This document shows positions 31,977-42,255 of a stretch of 64,000 bases of DNA, piece by piece. The notes beneath the pieces are model-generated. The model worked only from the letters and a program-made list of their open reading frames with translations. It ran no database searches and was not told the DNA's origin. The DNA is from an uncultured Candidatus Saccharibacteria bacterium. GTDB taxonomy: Bacteria > Patescibacteriota > CAZHWT01. Where the stretch lies: assembly GCA_964597145.1 (NCBI GenBank), contig CAZQWH010000001.1:15696-79695 (forward strand), in the 5' to 3' direction. Every line of letters starts with the position of its first letter. Position 1 is the first letter of the stretch. Made by a program: the position numbers and the translations under genes.

Positions 31977-33521
31977 ATGGTAGCGTTAGTGCTGCAAATG
32001 GATACTGCCCACGAAATAAACTTTCTTGATACGCCAATCTTCCACGAGGACAACGACGCTAACTCTTGGCTAGTTAGTCGGTGGCTTCACGCCATCCCAC
32101 TCGTCAAACGCTTTGTCCAACCTCAAGCAAATACGTCTAACTTGTTAGCGCTCGAAGGGGGATTTGTTTTTGAGCCTGAGGTAGCCATATCTATACCATC
32201 GGGAATGGTGTCTGGGATTATCGGTATGTCATTATTTTTGCTAGTTGGGGGTGCAATTGCCTCCAATTCATTAGGTGTATCTGTGTTAGCCCGAGTCGTA
32301 GAAATCGCTGGGTTATCAGGTACTTCATCAGTGAAAACAACTCCAAGTCATGTCGTTTCTCGAGTTACTATTTCGCCTACGGAGGGCCAAGTGTCAGTCA
32401 AGAAATCATCTCCACCTCCATCTTCTTCAACCTCAACAGTGGGCACCGTCTCAGTTGAGCCAACTCCTGCTCCTGCTTCAACTCAGCCAGACTTAAATCG
32501 GGAAGTTTTTGGCTTTTTGCCATACTGGTTTGTCAATGAGGCCGCCAATAACTTGGAATTCTCATTGCTCTCCACGCTAGCTTATTTTGACATCCCCATT
32601 AATGCCGATGGTTCATTAGATACGCTCTCTAACAGTTGGCAAATCCTTCACACTAAGACCACCCAAGACATCTTTAAACAAGCAAAGGCCAAAAACACGC
32701 GGGTCGTGTTAACCTATGCCACTTTTAACAACCAGCACATAGAGAATATTGCTACCAACGAACAGGCTCGGAACAGCGCGGTAACTAATATGGTGAATTT
32801 TGCCAAAGTCCAAGGCGCCCAAGGCGCCAATATTGACTTTGAGTACGTCGGCCAGCCTACACCCGCGGTGCGGGAAGGGTTTACCCAATTCGTCCAGCAA
32901 GCAACCGAGCGGTTCCATGCCGAGATTCCTGGTAGCCAGGTAACCGTTTCTATGTACGCTATTTCCGCCAAAATGGAGCGATTATATCAGGTCAATCGCT
33001 TAGCAGATGTGTGCGATGGATTGTTCATTATGGCCTACGACTTTTATACCGCTAGCTCTAGTAATGCCGGCCCAGTTGCCCCTCTGACTGGCGCTCCAGA
33101 TACATATTGGTACGACGTTACCAGCTCACTCAACGACTTCGCTGCCGCTGGTGTTCCCGAAAGTAAGATAATTTTAGGCGTCCCCTACTATGGCTACGAC
33201 TGGCCCACTGTTGACCATTCACCCCAAAGTCCAGTCGTGCCTGGGTCAACCAATACCGCGAATTACTCTGGAGTCCAAAAAGCTTTAGCGGCTGGTGAAG
33301 GTGAGCGTCGATGGGATAGTGTGGCCCAAGTCCCTTATCTGGTGTATCAAGAGAACGGCGTCAATCGTATTGCCTATTACGACGACGTAGAGTCATTAGG
33401 CAAAAAATACGATTTAATTAATCAGCGCAACCTCAAAGGAGTTGGTATCTGGGCATTAGGTCAAGACGGAAACCGTCAAGAATTGTGGGACTTGCTCCAA
33501 ACTAAATTTATCCATGAATAA
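31977..33521 (+). CDS. GH18 glycoside hydrolase, membrane-anchored with an S/T/P linker
   Basis: GANIDFEY, IMAYDF, KIILGVPYYG and GVGIWALG. Start may be 31998. Confidence 0.88.
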   Translation: MVALVLQMDTAHEINFLDTPIFHEDNDANSWLVSRWLHAIPLVKRFVQPQANTSNLLALEGGFVFEPEVAISIPSGMVSGIIGMSLFLLVGGAIASNSLGVSVLARVVEIAGLSGTSSVKTTPSHVVSRVTISPTEGQVSVKKSSPPPSSSTSTVGTVSVEPTPAPASTQPDLNREVFGFLPYWFVNEAANNLEFSLLSTLAYFDIPINADGSLDTLSNSWQILHTKTTQDIFKQAKAKNTRVVLTYATFNNQHIENIATNEQARNSAVTNMVNFAKVQGAQGANIDFEYVGQPTPAVREGFTQFVQQATERFHAEIPGSQVTVSMYAISAKMERLYQVNRLADVCDGLFIMAYDFYTASSSNAGPVAPLTGAPDTYWYDVTSSLNDFAAAGVPESKIILGVPYYGYDWPTVDHSPQSPVVPGSTNTANYSGVQKALAAGEGERRWDSVAQVPYLVYQENGVNRIAYYDDVESLGKKYDLINQRNLKGVGIWALGQDGNRQELWDLLQTKFIHE

Positions 33522-34539
33522 CGCGCCTCATCCCTCATGTACCCATCGTCGTCGAGTACGCGGCGGACAATTCATCCTAGCCGCCCTCGGGTTTTTTATG
33601 GTCAGCAGTTGTCTGGTTTTTGGTGGCACACACACCTTACTCCAGCAGCCAACTATAGCAGTTGGAGCGAAATCAGATAACCATGTCGCTACTACAGTGA
33701 GCAATCAGCCAAGTGCTCCTACTCCTAATTTGTCCGCGCCAATATTAGCAGCTCCTCAACCAACCCAGGTTCCAGAGTGGCACATGGTGAAAAGTACTTC
33801 CATCCCTACCGCACCGGTAACCGCTACGGCTGGGCTGGTGATCAACGACAACAGCGGCGAAATTCTGGCTGCTAAAAATGCTGATTTGCCGCTGCCCATG
33901 GCCTCAATTACCAAGTTGATGACCGCTTGGGTGGCCTTGGATCGGGCCAAGCCCGAGGACTCAATTACCGTTTCATCGGTGGCGGCTGCCACCCCACCGA
34001 CCAACATGCCATTAGCAGCCGGTGAGGTGCTAAGCGTCCAAGATCTGCTCAGCATGTTACTTTTAACCTCAGCCAATGATGCCGCTCAGGCCTTAGCCGA
34101 TGGCTTAGGCGGCGAACCCAGCTTTGTAAATGGGATGAATCAGAAAGCGGCCAAGTTAGGCTTAAAGAACACTCATTATGCAAACCCCACCGGCTTCGAT
34201 GCCGAGGGTCATCATTCGAGTGCCAACGATCTAGCAGTGTTAGCCCACCATTTATTTAAAGAGCACCCAGAGCTGTTACCTTTAATGCAACAGACCAAGA
34301 TAATAATTAACGGTAACGATAAGCATCGAGCCTATGATGTGGTCAATTTTCACCAATTAGTTGGGGTATATCCCGGCTTTCTCGGTGGTAAACCTGGCTT
34401 TACCGGTAATGCGGGAAGTTGTCTGCTGACGATGGCAGAGCGAGATGGAAAGAGAATTATTGCTGTCGTACTCAATAGCCCCGACTCTGCCTCTGAAAGT
34501 AGGCGTTTGTTGGACTTTGGATTTGAGCAACTGCGGTGA
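33514..34539 (+). CDS. D-alanyl-D-alanine carboxypeptidase (peptidase S11)
   Basis: MASITK (SxxK), SAN and NPTG. The third motif is KPG rather than KTG. Overlaps the GH18 stop. Confidence 0.88.
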   Translation: MNNAPHPSCTHRRRVRGGQFILAALGFFMVSSCLVFGGTHTLLQQPTIAVGAKSDNHVATTVSNQPSAPTPNLSAPILAAPQPTQVPEWHMVKSTSIPTAPVTATAGLVINDNSGEILAAKNADLPLPMASITKLMTAWVALDRAKPEDSITVSSVAAATPPTNMPLAAGEVLSVQDLLSMLLLTSANDAAQALADGLGGEPSFVNGMNQKAAKLGLKNTHYANPTGFDAEGHHSSANDLAVLAHHLFKEHPELLPLMQQTKIIINGNDKHRAYDVVNFHQLVGVYPGFLGGKPGFTGNAGSCLLTMAERDGKRIIAVVLNSPDSASESRRLLDFGFEQLR

Positions 34540-34705
34540 GTGGCAGGCAAGAGATCGGAAGTAGGAGACTTGGGGTTGTATCTGGTCTCTGGCACTGTCA
34601 CCTTAGTGCTTATTGCTGGTCGCGCGAGTATTAAGGGATATAATCACCTGGAGCAGGGTGTGCTCCAGGTGTCGTGTGGGTGGTGGCTGTGCAGCTCTAG
34701 CTCTG

Positions 34706-35218
34706 TTAGGTAATTTCAATCGAAACAAACAGTAAGTTGCCGGTATGCTGATACCATTTGGCAAATACTTCCCGGATACGATCTCGTCCTTGTTTGAGCG
34801 AGTTGGCCTGTAGAATAAACAGTGCATCCTCGATGAACCGAAGGGCCCGATCCAGGTTATGTAATCGGTGTTCTGCAACAAAGTTATCCAGATGTCTCCT
34901 GCTTCTTGGTCGGAGATAGTCAACAATGTTTTGTATTCGCGCTTGCCCCTGTCTGAGTTGTGACTCAAGCCGGTCTTTCTCGTGACTCAATGCCACTCGA
35001 AGGGACATTGGATCACGATGAAATAGCACTTGATTCAAGACATCCATAAAATATTGAGAAGCCTTGATGTCGGTGTAGCCTAAGTCACGAACTGCCGCTT
35101 TATGGTCAGGGCTTAGCTGTTCTATGACGCTGACCAAATCTGCCGGCATATCTTCTAACCAGCGGATTGTCGCTACGTCTTTGAGCGGATAAAGATCTGT
35201 GCGTGCCTCGTCACCCAT
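34706..35218 (-). CDS. Orphan hypothetical helical protein
   Basis: AAGGAG SD and TTGACA-17-TACACT promoter at 35290-35262. Confidence 0.65.
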   Translation of the reverse strand: MGDEARTDLYPLKDVATIRWLEDMPADLVSVIEQLSPDHKAAVRDLGYTDIKASQYFMDVLNQVLFHRDPMSLRVALSHEKDRLESQLRQGQARIQNIVDYLRPRSRRHLDNFVAEHRLHNLDRALRFIEDALFILQANSLKQGRDRIREVFAKWYQHTGNLLFVSIEIT

Positions 35219-35706
35219 GCCTTGACTCCTTTTGATTACAGCCCATCACAAAATCTGAGTGAGTGTATCACTATAGGACTAATATGTCAAAAATGTTGAG
35301 TGACGGGTCTGGAATAGCAAATAGCAGATAGCAATAAGCAATATGCAGAGGACGGAAGGTTGAAGGTGGTGCCAGCGAAGCTGTTGGCTATCAGGTGTCA
35401 GGTTTTAATCATTTTGGGATTTCTGATCTCAGATTTGTTTCGAGTTTAGAATTTCAAATTTCGTATTTAGAACCAAGAGTCACCATGTCTGTCATTCTGA
35501 ACTGAAAGTGAAGAATCATACTTTGAAGGTTGAAGGTAGTATTTGGTATGTGGTAGGGGTAATGCTAGGGCATTGGCTGCCATTTGCCATCTGCTAGTTT
35601 AAGGACATCCAACAACAAACCGGAGTGGCGGGGGTAAAAACCTTAGCCAGCTCCGGTTGTTGTGAATATATTGTTGTTTAAACATAGGCAGTGGTACGTA
35701 GATTAC

Positions 35707-35934
35707 TTATTCTGCTTCAGCAGAATCGTCGCGCTTACCCAGTTTACCGATTGCAGAATAGAATTCTTTACCGCGAGTTTTTTTCATTATCTCGCCACCC
35801 TTAAGCCCAATTTCTGCGTAGTAGTTTGGATTCTCTTTGAGTTTGCGCTGTTTAGTTTTCATTCCACCTTTACGGCCAATTGCCGAAAAGAAGGCAGCAT
35901 CCTTAACCACGCCTTTTTTAGTTGTATTTGCCAT
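35707..35934 (-). CDS. KGG-repeat general stress protein (GsiB/YciG-like)
   Basis: FFSAIGRKGG, YYAEIGLKGG and FYSAIGKLG repeats; AAGGAGG SD; terminator near 35611-35662. Confidence 0.85.
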   Translation of the reverse strand: MANTTKKGVVKDAAFFSAIGRKGGMKTKQRKLKENPNYYAEIGLKGGEIMKKTRGKEFYSAIGKLGKRDDSAEAE

Positions 35935-36297
35935 AACTTTATTCCCCTCCTTTCATCGATAGATATAGGCAGTTTACCCCGATTAAACCGGGGCTTATGG
36001 TTAGTTGTTTAGTAGATGTCTGATTCATAGTTAGTGATTACCGATCAATAAATAATACAAAGTACAAATACAAGAGACTAAGACTTACGGTAATAATGGC
36101 TATACCTAATAATATTTTGTTGATCCGCCAGATATTCTGTAGCGTCATAGTTCTCTTATGTTTGTGTGCTTATAGTTATACTAATAATATATATCAATAT
36201 TGTCAATATACATGACAAGAAAGATGTAGTGTATATACTATATTGCCTGCATAAGACCAACCTAAGAATGCTTGGGTCCTTAGTCAGTGGTTATGCG

Positions 36298-36334
36298 TTG
36301 ACACAAATTAGCACTTGTGCTACATTGGTGCTAA
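36298..36334 (+). promoter_or_regulatory. Promoter and CIRCE operator of hrcA-grpE-dnaK-dnaJ
   Basis: TTGACA (36298)-17-TACATT with an extended TG. TTAGCACTT-N9-TGGTGCTAA at 36308-36334 overlaps the -10. Confidence 0.82.
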
Positions 36335-36523
36335 GTTGACCCTGTTCTCAAGAGTAATCTCGGTTATTTTAGTGATAGGGGAGTATCAGGTAAATTAATC
36401 ACCAGACAGCAGCTTAAGCCAAAAGGCAAGGTTGTTTGTCCGGCAAAAACCAAGCAATTGCACCAATCGATTTGCCAACCTGCTTCGTGGTTTACACCCA
36501 CAAGGTTGAGAAAGGACGGCGTT

Positions 36524-37252
36524 ATGCCCATATCATCCAGGCAAGCACAGCTCTTACGCATTATTATAGAGGAGTATGTCAAGAGCAAGGAAGCGATCGG
36601 CAGTGAGAATATAGTAGCTAAATACAATTTAGGTGTTTCTCCCGCAACAGTCCGCAATGAAATGGCTGCTTTGGCTCAGGAGGGCTACCTCGATCAACCG
36701 CACACTTCTGCCGGGCGGGTACCAACTAGTTTAGGTTTCCGCTTTTACCTGTCGGAGTTAATGGAAGAGCAGGATATTCCTGTTATCTCGGAAGTTGCTA
36801 TTAAACAACGTTTGTGGCAAGAACGGCACGAATTAGAAAACTTGCTGCGTAATGCCGCTCTAGCCCTGGCCGATGAAACGAGGGAGATGGCCATTACGAT
36901 TACCGATAACGGTAAAGTCTATGCCGCTGGTGCAGCCTACATTCTAGATAATCCTGAGTTTTATGATATCGACTTAACGCGGGCAGTCTTGTCCTTAATC
37001 GACCAGTACGACACCCTCCAAGCAATGTTTAGCCGAGGAGGTGAGGAAAACCAGGTTAACGTCCTCATTGGTGCAGATACCGGAATACCAGCCCTGGCAC
37101 CATGTAGCGTTTTATATCGTCACTTTGATTTAGGTCGTGGTCGGGTCGGCACTCTGGGTATTATTGGTCCAGCTCGTATCAACTACCCAACCGTTATCCC
37201 GACAATTCGCTACTTTAGCGACTTAATGAATGAACTGTCCCGTAGTTGGTAA
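36524..37252 (+). CDS. hrcA: Heat-inducible transcription repressor HrcA (short form)
   Basis: SRQAQLLRIIIEEY, VSPATVRNEM, QPHTSAGRVPT and GIIGPARINY. Start MPISS at 36524. Confidence 0.93.
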   Translation: MPISSRQAQLLRIIIEEYVKSKEAIGSENIVAKYNLGVSPATVRNEMAALAQEGYLDQPHTSAGRVPTSLGFRFYLSELMEEQDIPVISEVAIKQRLWQERHELENLLRNAALALADETREMAITITDNGKVYAAGAAYILDNPEFYDIDLTRAVLSLIDQYDTLQAMFSRGGEENQVNVLIGADTGIPALAPCSVLYRHFDLGRGRVGTLGIIGPARINYPTVIPTIRYFSDLMNELSRSW

Positions 37253-37279
37253 ACGCGAAGCGTCTACCAACATACGCAA

Positions 37280-37406
37280 GTTAGAAACAAGAAATTAGAA
37301 ATTCTAAACAAACGAGAAACTTGAAAACATTAATTTGGGAACACATTCCATATGTTATTTATTTAGAATTTGTTTCCTATTTCGGATTTATGATTTCAAA
37401 TTTTGA
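37280..37406. repeat. Degenerate 7-nt-period array with a complementary second half
   Basis: ttagaaacaagaaattagaaattctaaac...tttagaatttgtttcctatttcggattttatgatttcaaatttt. Confidence 0.65.
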
Positions 37407-37424
37407 AATGGAGATTATAGAAAC

Positions 37425-37946
37425 ATGGCAGAAAAAACAGACAAGCATACAAAAAAGCATCAAGACCAGTCAAATGAGGGACTAGTAGAAAAACTACAAC
37501 AGGATTTAGAAGAGTCACAGCGGCTGCAAGAAGAAAGCCTAACCAAGGCCCAGCGGGCGCTTGCTGATTACGCCAATTTGAAAAAGCGCTTTGAAAAGGA
37601 GCGCGAAGAAATTGCTAAATATGCCAGCGAAATGGTCTGTATGCGATTGTTGCCAGTGATCGATAACTTAGACCGAGCGGTGGGGTACGCCAGTGAATCA
37701 GAACAAAAATCTTCGCTGTATCAAGGAGTAAAAATGACGCTACAGCAAGCCCACGAAATGCTACAGTCAGCCGGGTTTAGCCAGATCCAGGCCCAAGCTG
37801 GCGATGAGTTTAACCCACATCTACACGAAGCCGTCGAAATGGTGTCTGGCGAGCAAGCCAAAATTGTTGAGGTTTTACAACCTGGTTACCAACTCGACGA
37901 CAAAGTAGTTAGACCAGCCCAGGTGAGGGTTGGAGATGGAAGTTAG
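37425..37946 (+). CDS. grpE: Nucleotide exchange factor GrpE
   Basis: RALADYANLKKR, LLPVIDNL, FNPHLHEAV and GYQLDDKVVRPAQV. Confidence 0.95.
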   Translation: MAEKTDKHTKKHQDQSNEGLVEKLQQDLEESQRLQEESLTKAQRALADYANLKKRFEKEREEIAKYASEMVCMRLLPVIDNLDRAVGYASESEQKSSLYQGVKMTLQQAHEMLQSAGFSQIQAQAGDEFNPHLHEAVEMVSGEQAKIVEVLQPGYQLDDKVVRPAQVRVGDGS

Positions 37947-38000
37947 AAGTTGGGAAATAGTAGGCAGTTGACGAGACTGAGATAATTTCAACTCAGGTTC

Positions 38001-38060
38001 GTCATCCCGGACTTGATCCGGGATCTAAGTGATTGGATCCTGAAACAAGTTCAGGATGAC
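38001..38060 (+). repeat. 60-bp double-hairpin GTCAT...ATGAC element upstream of dnaK
   Basis: GTCATCCCGGACTTGATCCGGGATCTAAGTGATTGGATCCTGAAACAAGTTCAGGATGAC. Confidence 0.9.
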
Positions 38061-38090
38061 AATAGGAAATAATTAAAGGAGGAACTTTGT

Positions 38091-40001
38091 ATGTCAAAAA
38101 TATTAGGTATTGATCTAGGAACAACTAATAGCGCTATGGCTGTTATGGAAGGTGGTGAGCCCACCATTATCCCTAACGCCGAAGGTGGACGCACTACTCC
38201 ATCCGTGGTTGACCCAGTCAAGCGCGTCGTCGGCACGGTAGCTAAACGCCAAGCCATTGTTAATCCCAAGAGCACAGTTTTTAGTGTAAAGCGTTTAATG
38301 GGGCGTAAACTCAACGATCCCGAAGTTCAGCGTGATTTAAAATGGCTACCTTATAACGTAGTCGCGGGAAAAGATGGCGAAGCCTTAGTCGAAGTTGAGG
38401 GTCGCAAATTTACCCCCCAAGAAATCTCGGCCATGATTTTGTCTAAGCTGAAAGCCGATGCCGAAAGCTACTTAAATGAGAAAATCACCCAAGCCGTCAT
38501 TACCGTTCCCGCGTACTTCGATGACGCCCAACGCCAAGCCACCAAGCAGGCCGGAGAAATCGCCGGTTTGGAAGTATTGCGCATTGTCAACGAACCAACC
38601 GCGGCTTCATTAGCCTATGGCCTAGATAAGCACAAAGACGAAAAAATTGCCGTGTACGATTTAGGTGGGGGTACATTCGATATTTCAATCCTAGAATTAG
38701 GTGACGGCGTGTTTGAGGTTAAGTCAACTAATGGTGATACTCATTTAGGTGGAGACGATTTTGACCAAAAGATTATTGACTGGTTGGCCGAAGAGTTTAA
38801 GAAAGATCAAGGAGTTGACCTTAAAAATGATCGTCAAGCCTTACAGCGACTTAAAGAGGCAGCCGAAAAGGCTAAGATCGAGTTATCTAGCGCTCAGCAA
38901 ACCGAAATTAATATTCCATTTATTACCGCCGATGCCTCAGGACCTAAGCACTTAAATATGAGCCTTTCCCGGGCTAAATTAGAGCAATTGGTTGGGGATT
39001 TAGTTGATGGCACAATTAAACCAGTTAAACAAGCATTGGATGATGCCAGCTATAAACCAAGCGACATCCACGAGGTGGTGCTGGTGGGTGGTATGACCCG
39101 GATGCCATCGGTTCAGGAAGCGGTTAAAAAATTCTTTGGCCGGGATCCGCACAAAGGGGTGAATCCTGATGAAGTAGTTGCCATTGGTGCAGCTGTTCAG
39201 GCTGGTGTACTCGGCGGAGACGTTAAAGACGTATTACTGCTCGATGTTACTCCGCTCTCATTGGGTATCGAAACCTTGGGTGGTGTAACTACTAAGCTCA
39301 TCGATCGCAATACCACCATTCCAACTTCAAAGTCCCAGACCTTCTCTACCGCCGCCGATAACCAACCCTCGGTCGAAATAAATGTCCTTCAAGGCGAGCG
39401 GGAAATGGCCAACGATAATAAGTCACTCGGTCGGTTTATCCTCGATGGCATTCCACCAGCACCGCGTGGCATCCCCCAAGTTGAGGTTGAGTTCGACATC
39501 GATGCCTCGGGAATATTAAACGTCTCAGCCAAAGACAAAGCTAGTGGCAAGGAGCAGAAAATTACCATTACCGGCTCTACAGGGCTAGATAAGACCGAGG
39601 TTGAAAAGATGACCAAAGAAGCCGAAATGCACGCCGAAGAAGACCGTAAGAAAAAGGAAGAAATCGAAGTTCGCAACACGGCCGATTCGCTGGTGTATAC
39701 TGCCGAGAAGTCACTTAAGGATGCCGAAGGTAAAATTGAAGAATCCTTAAAAACTTCGGTAACCGAAAAAGTTGATGCGACCAAAAAGGCCTTGGAAGGC
39801 AGCCAGGTCGAAACTATCCAATCGGCTACTCAGGCCTTGTCGGAGGAATTGCAAAAAATTGGCCAAGCCATGTACGCCGCCGGTGAGTCGAGTGAATCTA
39901 CCTCAACTTCCGCCGAAGAGCGACCGGAAGAGGTGGGCCAAAACAATAAAGACGGCTCCACCGTAGAAGGCGAAGTTGTCGACGAAGATGAGAAAAAATA
40001 G
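38091..40001 (+). CDS. dnaK: Chaperone DnaK (Hsp70)
   Basis: [15 protein letters not shown] and DLGGGTFD. Confidence 0.99.
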   Translation: MSKILGIDLGTTNSAMAVMEGGEPTIIPNAEGGRTTPSVVDPVKRVVGTVAKRQAIVNPKSTVFSVKRLMGRKLNDPEVQRDLKWLPYNVVAGKDGEALVEVEGRKFTPQEISAMILSKLKADAESYLNEKITQAVITVPAYFDDAQRQATKQAGEIAGLEVLRIVNEPTAASLAYGLDKHKDEKIAVYDLGGGTFDISILELGDGVFEVKSTNGDTHLGGDDFDQKIIDWLAEEFKKDQGVDLKNDRQALQRLKEAAEKAKIELSSAQQTEINIPFITADASGPKHLNMSLSRAKLEQLVGDLVDGTIKPVKQALDDASYKPSDIHEVVLVGGMTRMPSVQEAVKKFFGRDPHKGVNPDEVVAIGAAVQAGVLGGDVKDVLLLDVTPLSLGIETLGGVTTKLIDRNTTIPTSKSQTFSTAADNQPSVEINVLQGEREMANDNKSLGRFILDGIPPAPRGIPQVEVEFDIDASGILNVSAKDKASGKEQKITITGSTGLDKTEVEKMTKEAEMHAEEDRKKKEEIEVRNTADSLVYTAEKSLKDAEGKIEESLKTSVTEKVDATKKALEGSQVETIQSATQALSEELQKIGQAMYAAGESSESTSTSAEERPEEVGQNNKDGSTVEGEVVDEDEKK

Positions 40002-40022
40002 ATATCTAAGTATCTAGGAAAC

Positions 40023-40166
40023 GTCATTGCGAGGAGCAGAGCGACGAAGTAATCTTGATAGGCTTTGTGTCATCCTGAATTTAGTTCAGGATCAGGCATT
40101 AGATGCTGAAACTAGTTCAGCATGACATTGGGTTTAGGTAGATTGCCGCGCTTCACTCGCAATGAC
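40023..40166. repeat. GTCATTGCGA element with a nested GTCATCCTGAA element
   Basis: Outer IR GTCATTGCGAG/CTCGCAATGAC; inner GTCATCCTGAA..TTCAGGATC..GATGCTGAA..TTCAGCATGAC near 40069-40125. Confidence 0.85.
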
Positions 40167-40207
40167 CAACCATATGATAGACTTTCGTCTACGAACTACG
40201 AACATTT

Positions 40208-41359
40208 ATGCCCAAAGATTATTACGAAACCCTAGGAGTCAGCCAGGATTCATCCGCTGATGACATAAAAAAAGCCTATCGCAAAGCGGCAGTCCAGTTT
40301 CATCCGGATAAGGCTAAAGGCGCAGATCAGAAAAAAGAGTTCGAGGCTAAATTTAAAGAGCTAAATAAGGCCTATGATGTGCTCAAGGATCCGCAGAAAA
40401 AAGCGGCTTACGATTCGTATGGCCATGCGGCGTTTGAGCAGGGTGGATTTAACAATGCCAGTGGTGGAGGTAATCCTTTTGCTGGAGCTAGCGGATTTGG
40501 TGGGTTCGACTTTAACCAAGGTGCAGCCGGCGGATTCTCCGGTGAAGATATTTTTGAAATGTTCTTTGGCCGCCAAGGAGGGGGGCGCGCTAGTAGTCGT
40601 CGCACAGCCACTAAGGGCCGCGATCTTCATTATGCCTTGTCTATATCCTTTGAAGCCGCAGTCCATGGTGGACAAGAAAAAATCCAGCTCACTCACCTGG
40701 CCACCTGTCACACTTGTAAAGGCTCTGGTAGCGCTAAAAATTCTAAGCCCCAAACCTGCGATCGTTGTGGGGGTAGCGGAGAAGTAACCCAGTCTACCCA
40801 ATCTATATTTGGCCAGTTCGCCACGGTTACCGTCTGTCCTAAATGTCATGGCGAAGGGAAAGTAATTAAGGACCCTTGCCCAACATGTAGCGGTAGTGGC
40901 CGGGAAAAAGAAACGGAAGAGTTAACCATAACTGTCCCCGAAGGTGTCGACACTGGCACCGAAATCCGATTTGGTGGTCGTGGTGATGCTGGCTTACGCG
41001 GCGCTCCAGCTGGCGATCTCTATTTAGAATTTAGAGTCAAGCCGCATCGCTATTTTACCCGCCGTGGTAACGATATTTATCTTAACCTACCTCTCACCCT
41101 CAGTCAGGCCGCGTTAGGGGATACCATGGAAGTTCCCACCATCGACGGCACAACCAAAATCAAAATTCCAGCCGGGGTTAGCAACGGCACCCAAATTAAA
41201 GTAGCCAACAAAGGCGTGTCGCGGCTTGGTAGTAGTGGCCGTGGCGACCAGTACCTAACCGTCGATTTACAAATGCCCACCAAGCCCAGCGGCCAAGAAA
41301 AAAAACTGCTGGAGCAATTAGCCAAGGTCGAGTCAAAGCCAAACTTGCCCTGGAAGTAA
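40208..41359 (+). CDS. dnaJ: Chaperone DnaJ
   Basis: HPD J-domain, G/F region and four CxxCxGxG repeats. Confidence 0.98.
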   Translation: MPKDYYETLGVSQDSSADDIKKAYRKAAVQFHPDKAKGADQKKEFEAKFKELNKAYDVLKDPQKKAAYDSYGHAAFEQGGFNNASGGGNPFAGASGFGGFDFNQGAAGGFSGEDIFEMFFGRQGGGRASSRRTATKGRDLHYALSISFEAAVHGGQEKIQLTHLATCHTCKGSGSAKNSKPQTCDRCGGSGEVTQSTQSIFGQFATVTVCPKCHGEGKVIKDPCPTCSGSGREKETEELTITVPEGVDTGTEIRFGGRGDAGLRGAPAGDLYLEFRVKPHRYFTRRGNDIYLNLPLTLSQAALGDTMEVPTIDGTTKIKIPAGVSNGTQIKVANKGVSRLGSSGRGDQYLTVDLQMPTKPSGQEKKLLEQLAKVESKPNLPWK

Positions 41360-41433
41360 ATTTACTCGCGTAGCAATGTATGATATAAGCTGTAAAACCC
41401 CGACAGTTTGCATTTCGGCACCAAGGAGACGCC

Positions 41434-41823
41434 ATGAAGGCTTATGTCACCTGTCCGGTGAGTCATACTCAAGACCGGCTTAAGCTACTCCCGAGAATTC
41501 GGCAAGTTGTCGAAAGCTCTGGAATGGACGTATTTGTGTTTGAGGTGGGCGGCGATCCAGAGGAGATTTTTGCACGCGATTATCATCAATTGAGCGTAAG
41601 CGATGTGCTGATTGCTGAGGTTTCGGAGCGAAGTCATGGAGTTGGAGTTGAGATTGGATTGTCGTACAGTCTAGGCTTGAAGAGAATCTTGCTTCATGAC
41701 AAAGGCCAGTTTGTCACTAAGCTGGCTCGGGGTATGCCCGATACGGTGATTATCGAGTATGCAACGGTTGAGGAACTGGAGAGTCAGTTGAGGAATACTT
41801 TAGAGTTGATCTTGGCTGACTAA
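41434..41823 (+). CDS. Nucleoside 2-deoxyribosyltransferase-like protein
   Basis: RD...SDVLIAEVSERSHGVGVEIG motif; AAGGAG SD. Confidence 0.7.
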   Translation: MKAYVTCPVSHTQDRLKLLPRIRQVVESSGMDVFVFEVGGDPEEIFARDYHQLSVSDVLIAEVSERSHGVGVEIGLSYSLGLKRILLHDKGQFVTKLARGMPDTVIIEYATVEELESQLRNTLELILAD

Positions 41824-42255
41824 TCATCTGCGTCTTGTTGTAGTTCGACAAGGCGCAGATAGTTTATATGCTCATACCTCTGTTCATGTAAGTTATCAGG
41901 GTTATAATAGATCCTACCGACAGATTTACCAACTATACCGTGAGAGTAGGCATGGCCAAGTTTATTAGACCCTGAGCAATCTTGTGGAAAGTGGATGAAA
42001 GAGAAGCTGGCTGGTGCAACGTGGTGCGATGAGGGCTGCTCCGAAATACTTTGGAGTTTAAACTAAAACTTCCTGCGAAGACAGGAGTCAAGCTATTTAG
42101 TAGTCACTCTATTTGACAAAAGACCTATAGTATTATAGTATAGTAAACACATCTCCTCTTGTCCAAATAGTACGTATAGCAGGTGCGTATTATTTGGACA
42201 ACAAGCCAAGTTCAAGCTGGATGGTCTAGGTCGAACTTGGCCGGAGGAGTAAAAT

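Noticed and set aside
34603-34968. 121-aa ORF overlapping 34706-35218 in another frame
   Set aside because: The 170-aa ORF has the SD and promoter; this one has neither.
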